This document shows, piece by piece, positions 1-8,631 of a stretch of 64,000 bases of DNA. The stretch's first letter is position 1, and the number at the start of each line of letters is the position of its first letter. The translations under genes were made by a program, and so were the position numbers. This DNA is from a virus: positions 64,001 to 128,000 of IMG/VR virus record IMGVR_UViG_3300050120_000210; one strand, given 5' to 3'. Under the pieces are notes generated by a model that did not search any database, was not told where the DNA came from, and saw nothing but the letters and a program-made list of their open reading frames with translations.

Positions 1-294
1 AACCAACGGCCGCGACACGCCTTCCCACCAAACATTCATGAGTGCAGGCGGAACGCGGCCCCCAGTCGGCATCACTTTCTGCCCTTTGTGCAAAGCAATG
101 ACGACCTCCCAATCTCGCCCACTTACTTTGAACTTGTCCACATCGAAATTGCCAGTGAACCAAACTTTTTCGTAGGTAAGTTGAATCCCGGCCAGCGCAT
201 ATTTTTTGCGCGCTTCTATGCTCTTCGTCGAATTGTCTTTTACGAACTCGACGAGATTGAGGAAAAGTTTGTGGTCCTTCTTCCGGTCGATCAT
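1..294 (-). CDS. Partial hypothetical protein, LLRMF paralogue family (runs off window)
   Basis: Manual translation MIDRKKDHKLF...AGIQLTY...SGRDWEV is open to base 1; ATGA overlap with upstream gene; shares G-h-x-h and G-x-x-W motifs with neighbours. Confidence 0.7.
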   Translation of the reverse strand, partial: MIDRKKDHKLFLNLVEFVKDNSTKSIEARKKYALAGIQLTYEKVWFTGNFDVDKFKVSGRDWEVVIALHKGQKVMPTGGRVPPALMNVWWEGVSRPLV

Positions 295-587
295 TTTTCG
301 ACCGCCATACGAACGTAGATCAGGTCTCGGTGGCAAGCATCTACGTCCCCGATGATCTCAAAGGAGGCGAGGCCAGACCTGTCACCGATGGTCTCGAACT
401 CGACTGCCCAATTCGAATTGGGACACACGAGCATGAACAGGTCCGGCTTCTCCGTGGCGGCGATATCGAACCGCATTCCACAGAACTCGGCCGAGCGACG
501 GCGGGATGGCTGCGTGGTTCCTGTTTCACGAACAAACCTCGTGATCTGTCTGGCCAGATCGGCAAACTCTTCTGACAATGCGGCCAT
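291..587 (-). CDS. Hypothetical protein, LLRMF paralogue family
   Basis: GGGAGG SD, TAATG overlap; ends GDVDACHRDLIYVRM. Confidence 0.75.
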   Translation of the reverse strand: MAALSEEFADLARQITRFVRETGTTQPSRRRSAEFCGMRFDIAATEKPDLFMLVCPNSNWAVEFETIGDRSGLASFEIIGDVDACHRDLIYVRMAVEK

Positions 588-1075
588 TATTGGACCTCCC
601 ACAGCGGGATCATCAGACGCAAAATCGCCATTTCCCGACGATAGCTATCCTCGTAAGTCTCATAGCCACCACTACCGCGCACCTTGAATCCAAAGATAAA
701 GCGAGATCGATTTCCGCCACAGAGATAGGCCCACTCCACCTCATCGAACGCTCGGTCATAATAGTGGCCCTGACCTCGCTGCGTGTTCCCCGGAGGAAAA
801 TTGCTTCCGACGAATTGCAGATACCAACCATCGCCATGAAGTCGATAGCTGAGCGTGTAGCCGTTCTCCATGTAATCTCGTTTCACCTCGAAACGAAGTT
901 TGATGCCCATGAGATTACTCTCGAAGGCACGCGAATAGCCGCCCATCGTATAGACGTAGGGTCCTTCAACTTCCTCACCGGAGAGACACACCGCATTGCA
1001 GATCATCGCGATCTGTTTGATGGAGGGTCCTTCGAGAACCGGATCGCCCGCGCCTTCGAGATGGGTTCTGCTCAT
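587..1075 (-). CDS. Hypothetical protein, LLRMF paralogue family
   Basis: ATGA-coupled start MSRTHLE; MGIKLRF..GDGWYL; ends YRREMAILRLM. Confidence 0.75.
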   Translation of the reverse strand: MSRTHLEGAGDPVLEGPSIKQIAMICNAVCLSGEEVEGPYVYTMGGYSRAFESNLMGIKLRFEVKRDYMENGYTLSYRLHGDGWYLQFVGSNFPPGNTQRGQGHYYDRAFDEVEWAYLCGGNRSRFIFGFKVRGSGGYETYEDSYRREMAILRLMIPLWEVQ

Positions 1076-1476
1076 CGCTGCCACTCCGATTCGAACATCC
1101 GAAGGAGTGACGAGTCGTGAACGTAGGCATCGTAATCGCCTTCGATTCGATCTATCTGCAAGCGCCCTTCGACGGGACTGGCAACGACTTTTCGGCCACC
1201 ACCAAAACCAAAATCGCGCGTCCCTCTGCACAGGATGCCAACCCGATCTAGGTCTTGATGGATGTCTACGAGATGGAAATTGATCGACCAGCGCAATGTG
1301 CAATCAGGTATGATGCCCTCACGCCGCCTGATCGCAAATCCTTTCCGCCCAGACGATCTCCAAGTTTCGTTGAAAAACTCCATGCCTCCGATCACCGCCA
1401 TAGGTATGTCGGTGTGCAGACCGTCTCCGGTCTTGAAAATGAAGTTGTAGAGGGAGGCGATTTCATGGGGTTCCAT
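1072..1476 (-). CDS. Hypothetical protein, LLRMF paralogue family
   Basis: Start MEPHEIA; ends YVHDSSLLRMFESEW. Confidence 0.75.
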   Translation of the reverse strand: MEPHEIASLYNFIFKTGDGLHTDIPMAVIGGMEFFNETWRSSGRKGFAIRRREGIIPDCTLRWSINFHLVDIHQDLDRVGILCRGTRDFGFGGGRKVVASPVEGRLQIDRIEGDYDAYVHDSSLLRMFESEWQR

Positions 1477-1912
1477 ATTCGGCCCATTCGCCAGAGAACA
1501 TACGGAGCAGCACCCAGTCGCGCTCGAAGCGTTGTTGGGTGGTATAGATTTCAAGAACCGGGTTCCACATCATCGCATCGTGGATCACCGTCGCGGGTGG
1601 CAATTTTTCACGAGTTCCTCGGCCGCTCGGTCCCACAACGTATTTCACCAGACCGTAATGAAGCGTGGGGACTTTCACCTTTACCCCACCGGAGCTTTGC
1701 CCACGGACATTCACCGTGGCTCCGATCCGCCAATTCGGGCACGAGAGCGCGATCTGCGTTCCCTTCTCGCGGAACACCAGATTGATCCCGAACATGTTGC
1801 GTGAGCAGATCATGAAGTTGCGCTTGCCGCGCCGCCACACGTTATCGACCGCCACTCCACACATGAGCGCGCCGATTTCTTTTTCATCCAAGAGGAACGG
1901 TAAATCAGCCAT
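1463..1912 (-). CDS. Hypothetical protein, LLRMF paralogue family
   Basis: Start MADLPFL; ends FERDWVLLRMFSGEW. Confidence 0.75.
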   Translation of the reverse strand: MADLPFLLDEKEIGALMCGVAVDNVWRRGKRNFMICSRNMFGINLVFREKGTQIALSCPNWRIGATVNVRGQSSGGVKVKVPTLHYGLVKYVVGPSGRGTREKLPPATVIHDAMMWNPVLEIYTTQQRFERDWVLLRMFSGEWAEYGTP

Positions 1913-2222
1913 CGAAAAACATCTTGAATAGGACGGCATCTTCGCCCCGGTCGAATTCGAAAATGAACGGCACACCCGTCAGTCGAATCGCCTGCACGAG
2001 CGGGGTGTTCTTGAATTTTTCATGAGCCTCCATACCGGCCGCGATACCTTGCTCGGTCGCATCGCGCGCATACCACCGCCAACCGCGCGCGGCATTTTCG
2101 GCCAGCCACGCTTCGATGCGCTTGAACTCCGCGTCAATCTCGACCGGCGTACCATCTACCGCACAGATCGCGAGATATTGCAGATGTGCGCGGGGCTCGT
2201 GGATACCAAGAAAACGGATCAT
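1905..2222 (-). CDS. Small protein, DAxLFKMF paralogue family
   Basis: ATGA-coupled start MIRFLG; IEAWLAEN; ends FEFDRGEDAVLFKMFF. Confidence 0.75.
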   Translation of the reverse strand: MIRFLGIHEPRAHLQYLAICAVDGTPVEIDAEFKRIEAWLAENAARGWRWYARDATEQGIAAGMEAHEKFKNTPLVQAIRLTGVPFIFEFDRGEDAVLFKMFFDG

Positions 2223-2623
2223 AGCCACTCCGAATCGAACATGCGGAGCAGGGTCATTTCCTTCTGGAACTTGTCCGGGCTGATGATGCACAGCGTGTGC
2301 ACGCACAGGCGCTTGTTGAACTCGGCCGGATCGATGAACCGGTTCCACGGCGCCAGAAACAACCAGACCATTTCCGAAGCCACGTCGTCGGCCATGTTGC
2401 GCGGACGCTGTCGGGTCACTTGGAACGACAGCATCCAGCCGTTGCCGGTAAGCGAGAGAATGGAGAGACCCTTCTCGTGGAACGTTTGCCGCACGCGCAA
2501 CGTCACGCCTGCGATATTGCCCTCGGTGATGAAAAGAAGCCCATGCTTCGTCCACTGGGCATCACGGGTCACAGCGTTGATGACGCCGATAACTTCCGAC
2601 AGTTTTGCACCATGCAGGTTCAT
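2219..2623 (-). CDS. Hypothetical protein, LLRMF paralogue family
   Basis: Ends FQKEMTLLRMFDSEWL; TGATG overlap. Confidence 0.75.
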   Translation of the reverse strand: MNLHGAKLSEVIGVINAVTRDAQWTKHGLLFITEGNIAGVTLRVRQTFHEKGLSILSLTGNGWMLSFQVTRQRPRNMADDVASEMVWLFLAPWNRFIDPAEFNKRLCVHTLCIISPDKFQKEMTLLRMFDSEWL

Positions 2624-3126
2624 CAGGCTTCTCCCTGCACACGCATTTCAAGTTCGATGCCAGTTATGCCTTCGGCGACCAGCTTTTCGCGCAAGGCGAT
2701 CTGGCGTTGAAATTTCTCATAGCCGAAGCGGCGCGGGGTGACCGGAAGCTCGTTTCCGTAGATCGAAAACGGTTCGTTGTCACCGACGATGATCGTCTTT
2801 TTGGTCTCCAACAATGCGTGGAAACCTTCGCCCAAATGCTTATCGATCTCGGTCGCAAAATCTTTGAAGATCGATTGCTTGAAGCGAACTCCCGAACAGA
2901 TCAGACCGGAAATCAATTCCCGCTGCCCGTGTTCCCGCCGCATGACGACTCGCATTTCGGCCCCGTGATACTGGGTGCCATACATGCCCGACCAGACGGA
3001 CGAACCCGGCACCCAGAGCAGCAGCAAATCTTGAGTCCTCGCGAGTACACGGACGCGCGGGGCGTAGTTGCAGCCGTTCACGGCGCCCTTGATGATCTCT
3101 TGATCGACTGTGCGAAAATTGCTCAT
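2623..3126 (-). CDS. Hypothetical protein
   Basis: 167-aa ORF translationally coupled on both sides. Confidence 0.7.
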   Translation of the reverse strand: MSNFRTVDQEIIKGAVNGCNYAPRVRVLARTQDLLLLWVPGSSVWSGMYGTQYHGAEMRVVMRREHGQRELISGLICSGVRFKQSIFKDFATEIDKHLGEGFHALLETKKTIIVGDNEPFSIYGNELPVTPRRFGYEKFQRQIALREKLVAEGITGIELEMRVQGEA

Positions 3127-3500
3127 CAGAACTTCATGTCTCTGAGACGGTGAACCTCGACCTTGCCCGGCGTGAGAACGTAGAAGCCAAACTCATCGAG
3201 AGAGAACACCAGCTTTCCAGCGGTCATCGCATCGGCGATGATCTTCGCACTTTCGCTGCACCATGAGCCGTAAATGGGGGCCATGGTGCTGTAGATGCCC
3301 TCGCGATATTGCGAGTTGAAGACCTTCACGTTGCCGAGCTTCGAGCACTTCAGGAAGCCCCTGAAGGTCGGGTTGGATACGGCGTTCTGAACATAGCCCT
3401 CGGCCAGTTCACAACCGCTCTTGAGAAGTGTGGCGTTCAGGGCATCAATGTCCCCGAACACCACGCCTTCGCTTTGCTTGACCGATAGAAAGTCCCGCAT
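3126..3500 (-). CDS. Hypothetical protein
   Basis: Start MRDFLSVK just after upstream stop; coupled. Confidence 0.7.
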   Translation of the reverse strand: MRDFLSVKQSEGVVFGDIDALNATLLKSGCELAEGYVQNAVSNPTFRGFLKCSKLGNVKVFNSQYREGIYSTMAPIYGSWCSESAKIIADAMTAGKLVFSLDEFGFYVLTPGKVEVHRLRDMKF

Positions 3501-3501
3501 A

Positions 3502-4848
3502 TCAGGCCGCCATCGCCTTAGCGCCCCACGGCAGGCCGTAGTTGCCCGCACAGGTCTTACCGTAGCCCACCGCCGTCGAACGGGCGTCGTCGAGGCCACG
3601 GTTGCAGAAGCAGCATTGGCCGGTCAGCTTGCCGTAGGCAGCCGCCGTGCCAGCCGGGTCCTTGGACAGATTGGAGAGCAGGGCGACCAGCGAAGTCATC
3701 GTGCCGCCTTGCACGGCGTTGGACTTCGTCCACTCGCCCTGCGGGGTCACCCGGCCGAACCAGATGTTGTTGTCGAAGGAACCACCATCGGTGATGTTGA
3801 CCGCGCCCTTGTGGGCCGAGCGGTCACCGGCGACCGACAGGACGATGGGTTGGCCGTCCGGCAGGGCCAGACGAATCTTCGGCCACTTCAGGTTCTTGGC
3901 GCCCAGCGTCATCAGTTCGATGACACCCTTGAAGTCGCCCACGTCCAAGGTCTTCGGACCTTGGTTGGCGCGGGCCTTGTTGTTGAAGTAGACGCCGACG
4001 ATGGACGCGCACAGTCCGGCCGAGCGGGGCTCCATCATGGTCGCATCGGCGATCACCGTGATGTTGTGCTCGTAGTCGGACAGTTCGGTCTTCTCGCGCA
4101 GGCTCGACGCCCAGTTCAGGGCTTCGGCGGCGAGTTGACGTTCGGCATCGCCGAACGGATGGGCGACCGGGTCCATGGTGAAGTAGGACCACGCATGTTC
4201 ACGAGACGCCGTCAGGTTGGGGTTCTCGTAGGCGGCCTTGCCCGACACCCAGCCATGACGAAGAACGGCGCGGGCGGCACACACCGCGAACTCTTCAACG
4301 GCGATCCAGCGCATGTCCTGCGGAGTGATCGAGCCCAGTTGGTAAGCGCCACGACCGCACTCATAGGCATAGCCCAGCAGTTCGGCGAGTTTGGCGATCT
4401 TCATGGGATCGTGGCCGAAGAAATCCTTCAGACAGGTCGAACCGACTTGCTTGAACTCTCCGGTCTCGTCATTCCGCACCACGAAGGTGTCGCGACGAAA
4501 GCGGTTCACGTTGCAGTGGTCACAGCGGGTGTTGACGGCGGTGCGGTAGGCGTCCGGCAGGGAGCCCGCGTTCGGGACCATACGGATGATTGTGCCGGTG
4601 TCGTTCGAGTGGTCGAGGCGGGCGACGAAGGTCCAGCCGTTGAGCTTCGGCACTTCGGCGGTCAGCATCACCGAGTAGACGCGATGCGTCTTGCCATCGG
4701 CGAGTTCTTTTTCTTCGTGGCTGAACGTGAAGGGACGGATTTCCGAGCCGATCAGCTTGACCGACTTCTTGGAGAGCTTGGCGATCTGCGCTTCGAACTT
4801 GGCCATGTTCTCGGCCGGGATTTCGAAGAGGGTGCGAAGGTCTTCCAT
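3502..4848 (-). CDS. Conserved phage protein with CxxC motif and C-terminal DUF6011-like zinc finger
   Basis: CDHC..R.R..VGSTCLKDF; CCFCNRGLDDARSTAVGYGKTCA; strong codon bias; sigma70-like promoter upstream. Confidence 0.8.
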   Translation of the reverse strand: MEDLRTLFEIPAENMAKFEAQIAKLSKKSVKLIGSEIRPFTFSHEEKELADGKTHRVYSVMLTAEVPKLNGWTFVARLDHSNDTGTIIRMVPNAGSLPDAYRTAVNTRCDHCNVNRFRRDTFVVRNDETGEFKQVGSTCLKDFFGHDPMKIAKLAELLGYAYECGRGAYQLGSITPQDMRWIAVEEFAVCAARAVLRHGWVSGKAAYENPNLTASREHAWSYFTMDPVAHPFGDAERQLAAEALNWASSLREKTELSDYEHNITVIADATMMEPRSAGLCASIVGVYFNNKARANQGPKTLDVGDFKGVIELMTLGAKNLKWPKIRLALPDGQPIVLSVAGDRSAHKGAVNITDGGSFDNNIWFGRVTPQGEWTKSNAVQGGTMTSLVALLSNLSKDPAGTAAAYGKLTGQCCFCNRGLDDARSTAVGYGKTCAGNYGLPWGAKAMAA

Positions 4849-4884
4849 GTGATGAATCTCCGTGCCGTTTTTGCTTATGACACG

Positions 4885-4913
4885 AATCTACCACCGAACC
4901 GAAGTCCGTCAAC
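4885..4913 (-). promoter_or_regulatory. Sigma70-like early promoter
   Basis: GTTGACG-N16-TAGATT on the minus strand. Confidence 0.65.
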
Positions 4914-4925
4914 AATATTGCGACC

Positions 4926-5243
4926 CTAACCCTCGAAGTGGAGTTTGAACAAAAGTAGGTCCGAAAATGAAGCGAACTCCATAGTGGTTATGTAGTGACC
5001 CAGTATCATTTCACCCTTGGGTTCTATCTTGATGTAGTGTTCTTTACACCATGCCACGATCTCGGGGCTGAACGTATGCGTAGTGAACACGCTGGGACCA
5101 ATTTGTTGACGATTCGTCGTCATCCAACCTTCTTTTGGAAAAATAGCATTTTTTTCTAGCAACACGGGGGCAAGATCAGCCATGGCCTTGTCCCAATCTC
5201 TTCTCCACTTCTTGGATGCCGTGGGAATATCGTCGTCCATCAT
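4926..5243 (-). CDS. Small protein, DAxLFKMF family
   Basis: EIVAWCKE; ends MEFASFSDLLLFKLHF. Confidence 0.75.
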   Translation of the reverse strand: MMDDDIPTASKKWRRDWDKAMADLAPVLLEKNAIFPKEGWMTTNRQQIGPSVFTTHTFSPEIVAWCKEHYIKIEPKGEMILGHYITTMEFASFSDLLLFKLHFEG

Positions 5244-5479
5244 CCGAACCGCAACTTGAAATGGATGGCGTCTCGCTCATCGGCGAAGCAGAACTCCATG
5301 CGTCTCTGGACGCTGTCCATAGCCCAATCGCCCAACGAACATTCTTTCTCGATGAACTCGACCATGCCCCGATCTTCGCCCATGGCGATGTGAACTGCCT
5401 CGATATCCGTGCGAATGACAAACGGAAGCGGCGGCCTTCGCCACCGTTGTTGAGCAGAGACTTGTTTACCCGGCCTCAT
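5240..5479 (-). CDS. Small protein, DAxLFKMF family
   Basis: Ends FCFADERDAIHFKLRFG. Confidence 0.75.
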   Translation of the reverse strand: MRPGKQVSAQQRWRRPPLPFVIRTDIEAVHIAMGEDRGMVEFIEKECSLGDWAMDSVQRRMEFCFADERDAIHFKLRFG

Positions 5480-5666
5480 AGATCAACTCATCGAAGAAGA
5501 TTTTGAAGGTGGCAGCCCGTGACTTCGTCGGGATGTGAAAAATCACGCCCCCGGCGACTTCATGATCGAAGGTGGATTTGGCGCCGCACACGTCATAAAC
5601 TCCGGCCATCTGTCGCATTTGCTCTATCTGAGCATCATCGACCGGTTTGGCCTTGAAGACATACAC
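5466..5666 (-). CDS. Small protein, divergent DAxLFKMF family member
   Basis: Ends IPTKSRAATFKIFF. Confidence 0.6.
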   Translation of the reverse strand: MYVFKAKPVDDAQIEQMRQMAGVYDVCGAKSTFDHEVAGGVIFHIPTKSRAATFKIFFDELIYEAG

Positions 5667-5668
5667 GA

Positions 5669-5845
5669 CTATGTGGCGAGTTCTTCAGCGAGCACTTCCG
5701 CTGCCACGGTCTTCACGTAGTTCGACCAACGCACGCGGTCGTCCCACGGCGCCGCCGCGAACGGCGGATAGCGTTCGCTGTCGCGATGATAGCCGTCGTT
5801 GGCTCGTTGAATGATGGCTTCGGCAATCTCTTCGGGAGTTTTCAT
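5669..5845 (-). CDS. Small hypothetical protein
   Basis: GGAG SD, start MKTPEEIAEA. Confidence 0.65.
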   Translation of the reverse strand: MKTPEEIAEAIIQRANDGYHRDSERYPPFAAAPWDDRVRWSNYVKTVAAEVLAEELAT

Positions 5846-6090
5846 ATCGGCTCCGGTGGGCGCTGGTTGTTGTCGAACATGTCTTGGATTTCGCGCGAAC
5901 GCTGCTGTGCTAGATCGTGTGGTGGTTGACCGAAGCCACAGGCTGTATTCGACAACCTCACCCACTTCTGTTTCCAGACGTTCCATTCCCACATGTCATA
6001 GGACTTGCTGCCGTCTTCAAGGACGCGTTCTTTGATCGCCGTCCAGCGGAACTGCGCGACAACTGTCGATTTTGCCTTGGCCTTGGTCAT
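5842..6090 (-). CDS. Hypothetical protein, probably leaderless early gene
   Basis: ATG 7 nt after the -10 of TTGACC-N16-TAAACT. Confidence 0.65.
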   Translation of the reverse strand: MTKAKAKSTVVAQFRWTAIKERVLEDGSKSYDMWEWNVWKQKWVRLSNTACGFGQPPHDLAQQRSREIQDMFDNNQRPPEPI

Positions 6091-6121
6091 GGCGGGCAGT
6101 TTACGCGAATTTAGGAAATGG

Positions 6122-6535
6122 TCAACGAACTACAGTTTGTCGGAGACTGGTGCCGAACTGCTCGACAAACTCTTTGGCACGAGACGTTTCGGTCACAACA
6201 GGGATTGCCTCGGCGCCGTGGTCGCGCATCCATGCGTAGCGATGGCGGCCGTTGGTGAAAGTGACATTGCCTCGCGCACCAAACCCGACCTCAGACATCT
6301 CTACGGGCTCTCCACCCTTCACCCATGTATCGAAGCGGCCAGCGATACCGTTCTCTGAGCCCTGTGGGCCAACGTAGAAACCACGATCAAATTTGAATGA
6401 CGCGTCCAGCTTGGCGACATCCACCCACACAATAGTTTCTGTGCCTTCTTCCAATGCGGCACGGCACGCCTTCGGCGGTTTCCATTGGATCAGAAGTCCG
6501 GCGGCCTGATCTTCAAAGAGTTCGAAGACTCTCAT
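6122..6535 (-). CDS. Putative virion-internal protein with ParB/Srx-like domain
   Basis: N-term MRVFELFE; FTNGRHRYAW..GAEAIPV. Confidence 0.65.
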   Translation of the reverse strand: MRVFELFEDQAAGLLIQWKPPKACRAALEEGTETIVWVDVAKLDASFKFDRGFYVGPQGSENGIAGRFDTWVKGGEPVEMSEVGFGARGNVTFTNGRHRYAWMRDHGAEAIPVVTETSRAKEFVEQFGTSLRQTVVR

Positions 6536-7245
6536 CGACGAGCCGGGCGGGCCAGAAGTCGGCCGCCATCATAGTCGTATGCCACGGCTAATTCTTCAAC
6601 AGTGTTCACAAGTTGCACGTTGTCTTCGTCGTGTGGGACCGGAGACACGTAAACAACCTCGAACTGCGGCGACAGGACCATTCGTTTCCAGAGAGAAGCG
6701 CCTTCATCTGTTTGCATTTCATCAGCTTCAAGCCAATCACAGACGTTGTTCATCAACCAAGCATACAGCACGAGCGCAATACCTTTCCCGGCATATGCGC
6801 GGTCAATGCGGACACTCGACACTTGCAAGCTTATACCACCATTGCCGTCGATGTCGGCCGATACCGAGCCAAAGGTGCCCGTTAGGTAGCCCACGGGTGT
6901 GATGTCGTCGAACACCACGTAGAATGCGGTGACGGCATCTTCGATAACGGGCACTTGCTCATCGCTCTCATCGTCGTTGCGATCTCGCGGGCGGGCGACG
7001 GAGAACCCAAGGCCCGGAAGCTCTCCCACGCGAACCATGGGCGTCTTGTCGCCAAATGGCGTGGCGCCCGGCTTCACACGGCGAGGAAGATCGGGGAACA
7101 ACAATGGCTGGCGAGGGTCTTCTTTGCCCGGCACGCCCATTTTTTCTGGCGAGAAATCACCAACTTGATCGTCCCACTCGTCGCTGAGATCAGAAACAAG
7201 CTGAATCTCACTGAGTGGTTGTTGGAAGAGTTCGAGCAAACGCAT
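6532..7245 (-). CDS. Putative virion-internal GNAT-like acetyltransferase
   Basis: N-term MRLLELF; VRIDRAYAGKGIALVLY...QTDEGASLW; CTAAATA 4 nt before ATG. Confidence 0.7.
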   Translation of the reverse strand: MRLLELFQQPLSEIQLVSDLSDEWDDQVGDFSPEKMGVPGKEDPRQPLLFPDLPRRVKPGATPFGDKTPMVRVGELPGLGFSVARPRDRNDDESDEQVPVIEDAVTAFYVVFDDITPVGYLTGTFGSVSADIDGNGGISLQVSSVRIDRAYAGKGIALVLYAWLMNNVCDWLEADEMQTDEGASLWKRMVLSPQFEVVYVSPVPHDEDNVQLVNTVEELAVAYDYDGGRLLARPARR

Positions 7246-7258
7246 CCGATATTTAGCG

Positions 7259-7412
7259 AAAAAGCCCCGGAGATCACTCCCCGAGGCTCTTGCGATTTAC
7301 AGGACTTCGCCCTTACCACAGATGTGCAGACGATGGCCGAAGGGAGTCCCGTCTTGACTTTCGTCGCCCGTGTCACAAGTCCGGCTGCGTCAGAACTGCC
7401 ATCGTCTGTTTT
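7259..7412 (-). ncRNA. Candidate ~150-nt structured small RNA with its own terminator
   Basis: Perfect 11-bp helix CAGACGATGGC/GCCATCGTCTG, GAC-GAAA-GTC tetraloop, crossing helix, hairpin plus U-tract at 7259-7288. Confidence 0.5.
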
Positions 7413-7451
7413 CCACGACCAACGCTATAAAATCTGGTTAACGAAGGCAAG

Positions 7452-7478
7452 AAAAAAGGGCGGCCCGAAGACCGCCCT
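7452..7478 (-). terminator. Rho-independent terminator of the RcnB-like gene
   Basis: AGGGCGG/CCGCCCT stem with cUUCGg loop followed by U-tract. Confidence 0.75.
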
Positions 7479-7505
7479 CTCAACCTTGTGATCCGGGCAA
7501 TCCCT

Positions 7506-7925
7506 TTAGTAGGGACGGCCGTATTGATCGTAGCGATAGCCGGGCGGTGCGTAGGCCGGATTGTAGTTCGGGGCGGCGTAGACCGGGCCGTTGTCGAAGA
7601 TGTTCTCGATGATCCCGGTGGCGATGGCCGCGAGCACGATGTCACCGGCGTCGGTGCGGTAGTAGGCGTAGCCGCGCGGCGGAACGCGATAGCCGTAACG
7701 GTAGTAGTCGTTCACGATGTAGCGACGATCACGGAACTGGAAGGGGAGCGATTCGCCCCGCGCCCAGCGATGCTGTTCGTAGCGTTGGCCGTCACGGCGG
7801 TCGGCGTCGTGGCGCTCGCCATCACGACGGTTGTATTCGGTGTGGCCATACGGTTGAGCCGTGGCTACGGTCGCGCCCAGCGTCAGGGCGCTGGCAGCGA
7901 CGATGAGGAGAGTCTTGTTGAACAT
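7506..7925 (-). CDS. RcnB-family secreted/periplasmic protein
   Basis: Signal peptide; RWARGESLP..RRYIVNDY.RY...PPRGYAY..TDAGDIVLAAIATGII. Confidence 0.8.
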   Translation of the reverse strand: MFNKTLLIVAASALTLGATVATAQPYGHTEYNRRDGERHDADRRDGQRYEQHRWARGESLPFQFRDRRYIVNDYYRYGYRVPPRGYAYYRTDAGDIVLAAIATGIIENIFDNGPVYAAPNYNPAYAPPGYRYDQYGRPY

Positions 7926-8004
7926 TTCGGTCCCTTTGAAAGTTAGAGCTTCACCTTAGCACGGTTCGGCTGAACCTGCACAGTATGTCTCGTTAATCTG
8001 TCGT

Positions 8005-8322
8005 TCACAGATGCTTGGAGCCGAGATGTTGATACAGGTTGAAGAGCGCCGAGTGTGCGGCGTGAGCCAACCCGAAGGCTTCTTTGTCCAGCAAGATGGC
8101 CGGATGTTCAACAAGATGACGATCCACGGAGTCCATGAGGACAGACGCCGTATGAAGCGCCTCATGGTAGCTGAAGGTTCCGGGGATATTATCCTCGGGG
8201 ACGATGCCCGGATCGTATTTGCCCTGTTCGTCTTCGCTGCCCAGATTGTCGATGGCTTCGCGCCTCGATGCTTCGATCTCGGCCGGAGTGAACTTAATTC
8301 GACGGGTCCTTGAGCGTTTCAC
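8005..8322 (-). CDS. Hypothetical protein
   Basis: PGTFSYHEALHTAS...LFNLYQ; fits operon. Confidence 0.65.
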   Translation of the reverse strand: MKRSRTRRIKFTPAEIEASRREAIDNLGSEDEQGKYDPGIVPEDNIPGTFSYHEALHTASVLMDSVDRHLVEHPAILLDKEAFGLAHAAHSALFNLYQHLGSKHL

Positions 8323-8596
8323 TTTGATCCTTGATGGCTTGTGCGATGGCGGCGAGCGCCGCTTGCGGGCTCTTGAATTGCCCGCTCAGTCGCGGGGTCA
8401 TCAGAGCAATGTGGATGAGGTTTGGACCGAACATGCGGACCAGTCCATTGGGCGGGAAACGCCCATTACCGGCGCCCTCAAAACGGTTCGTTCGTCTACG
8501 AGCGGCGGGGCGCTCTCGATAGGTATGCTCAGCGCAAAGCAGCATCGCAACCTGTTGGTAGAAGCGTTCTTCTACCCCAAAATCTTTTTCATTCAT
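8294..8596 (-). CDS. Hypothetical protein
   Basis: RFEGAGNGRFPPNGLVRMFG; late promoter inside a hairpin upstream. Confidence 0.7.
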   Translation of the reverse strand: MNEKDFGVEERFYQQVAMLLCAEHTYRERPAARRRTNRFEGAGNGRFPPNGLVRMFGPNLIHIALMTPRLSGQFKSPQAALAAIAQAIKDQSETLKDPSN

Positions 8597-8631
8597 TCTG
8601 CGTCCTATTTAGACGCAGGAAGAGACAATAG

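Noticed and set aside
3421-4929. Long antisense ORFs (also 11263-12303, 15628-16995, 28220-29908, 29969-31465, 56741-58216)
   Set aside because: Shadow frames of real, GC3-biased genes on the opposite strand.
7340-7395. Hammerhead-like CTGACG...CGAAA
   Set aside because: The core is CUGACGC rather than CUGANGA, and GAAA is the loop of a GAC/GTC hairpin.
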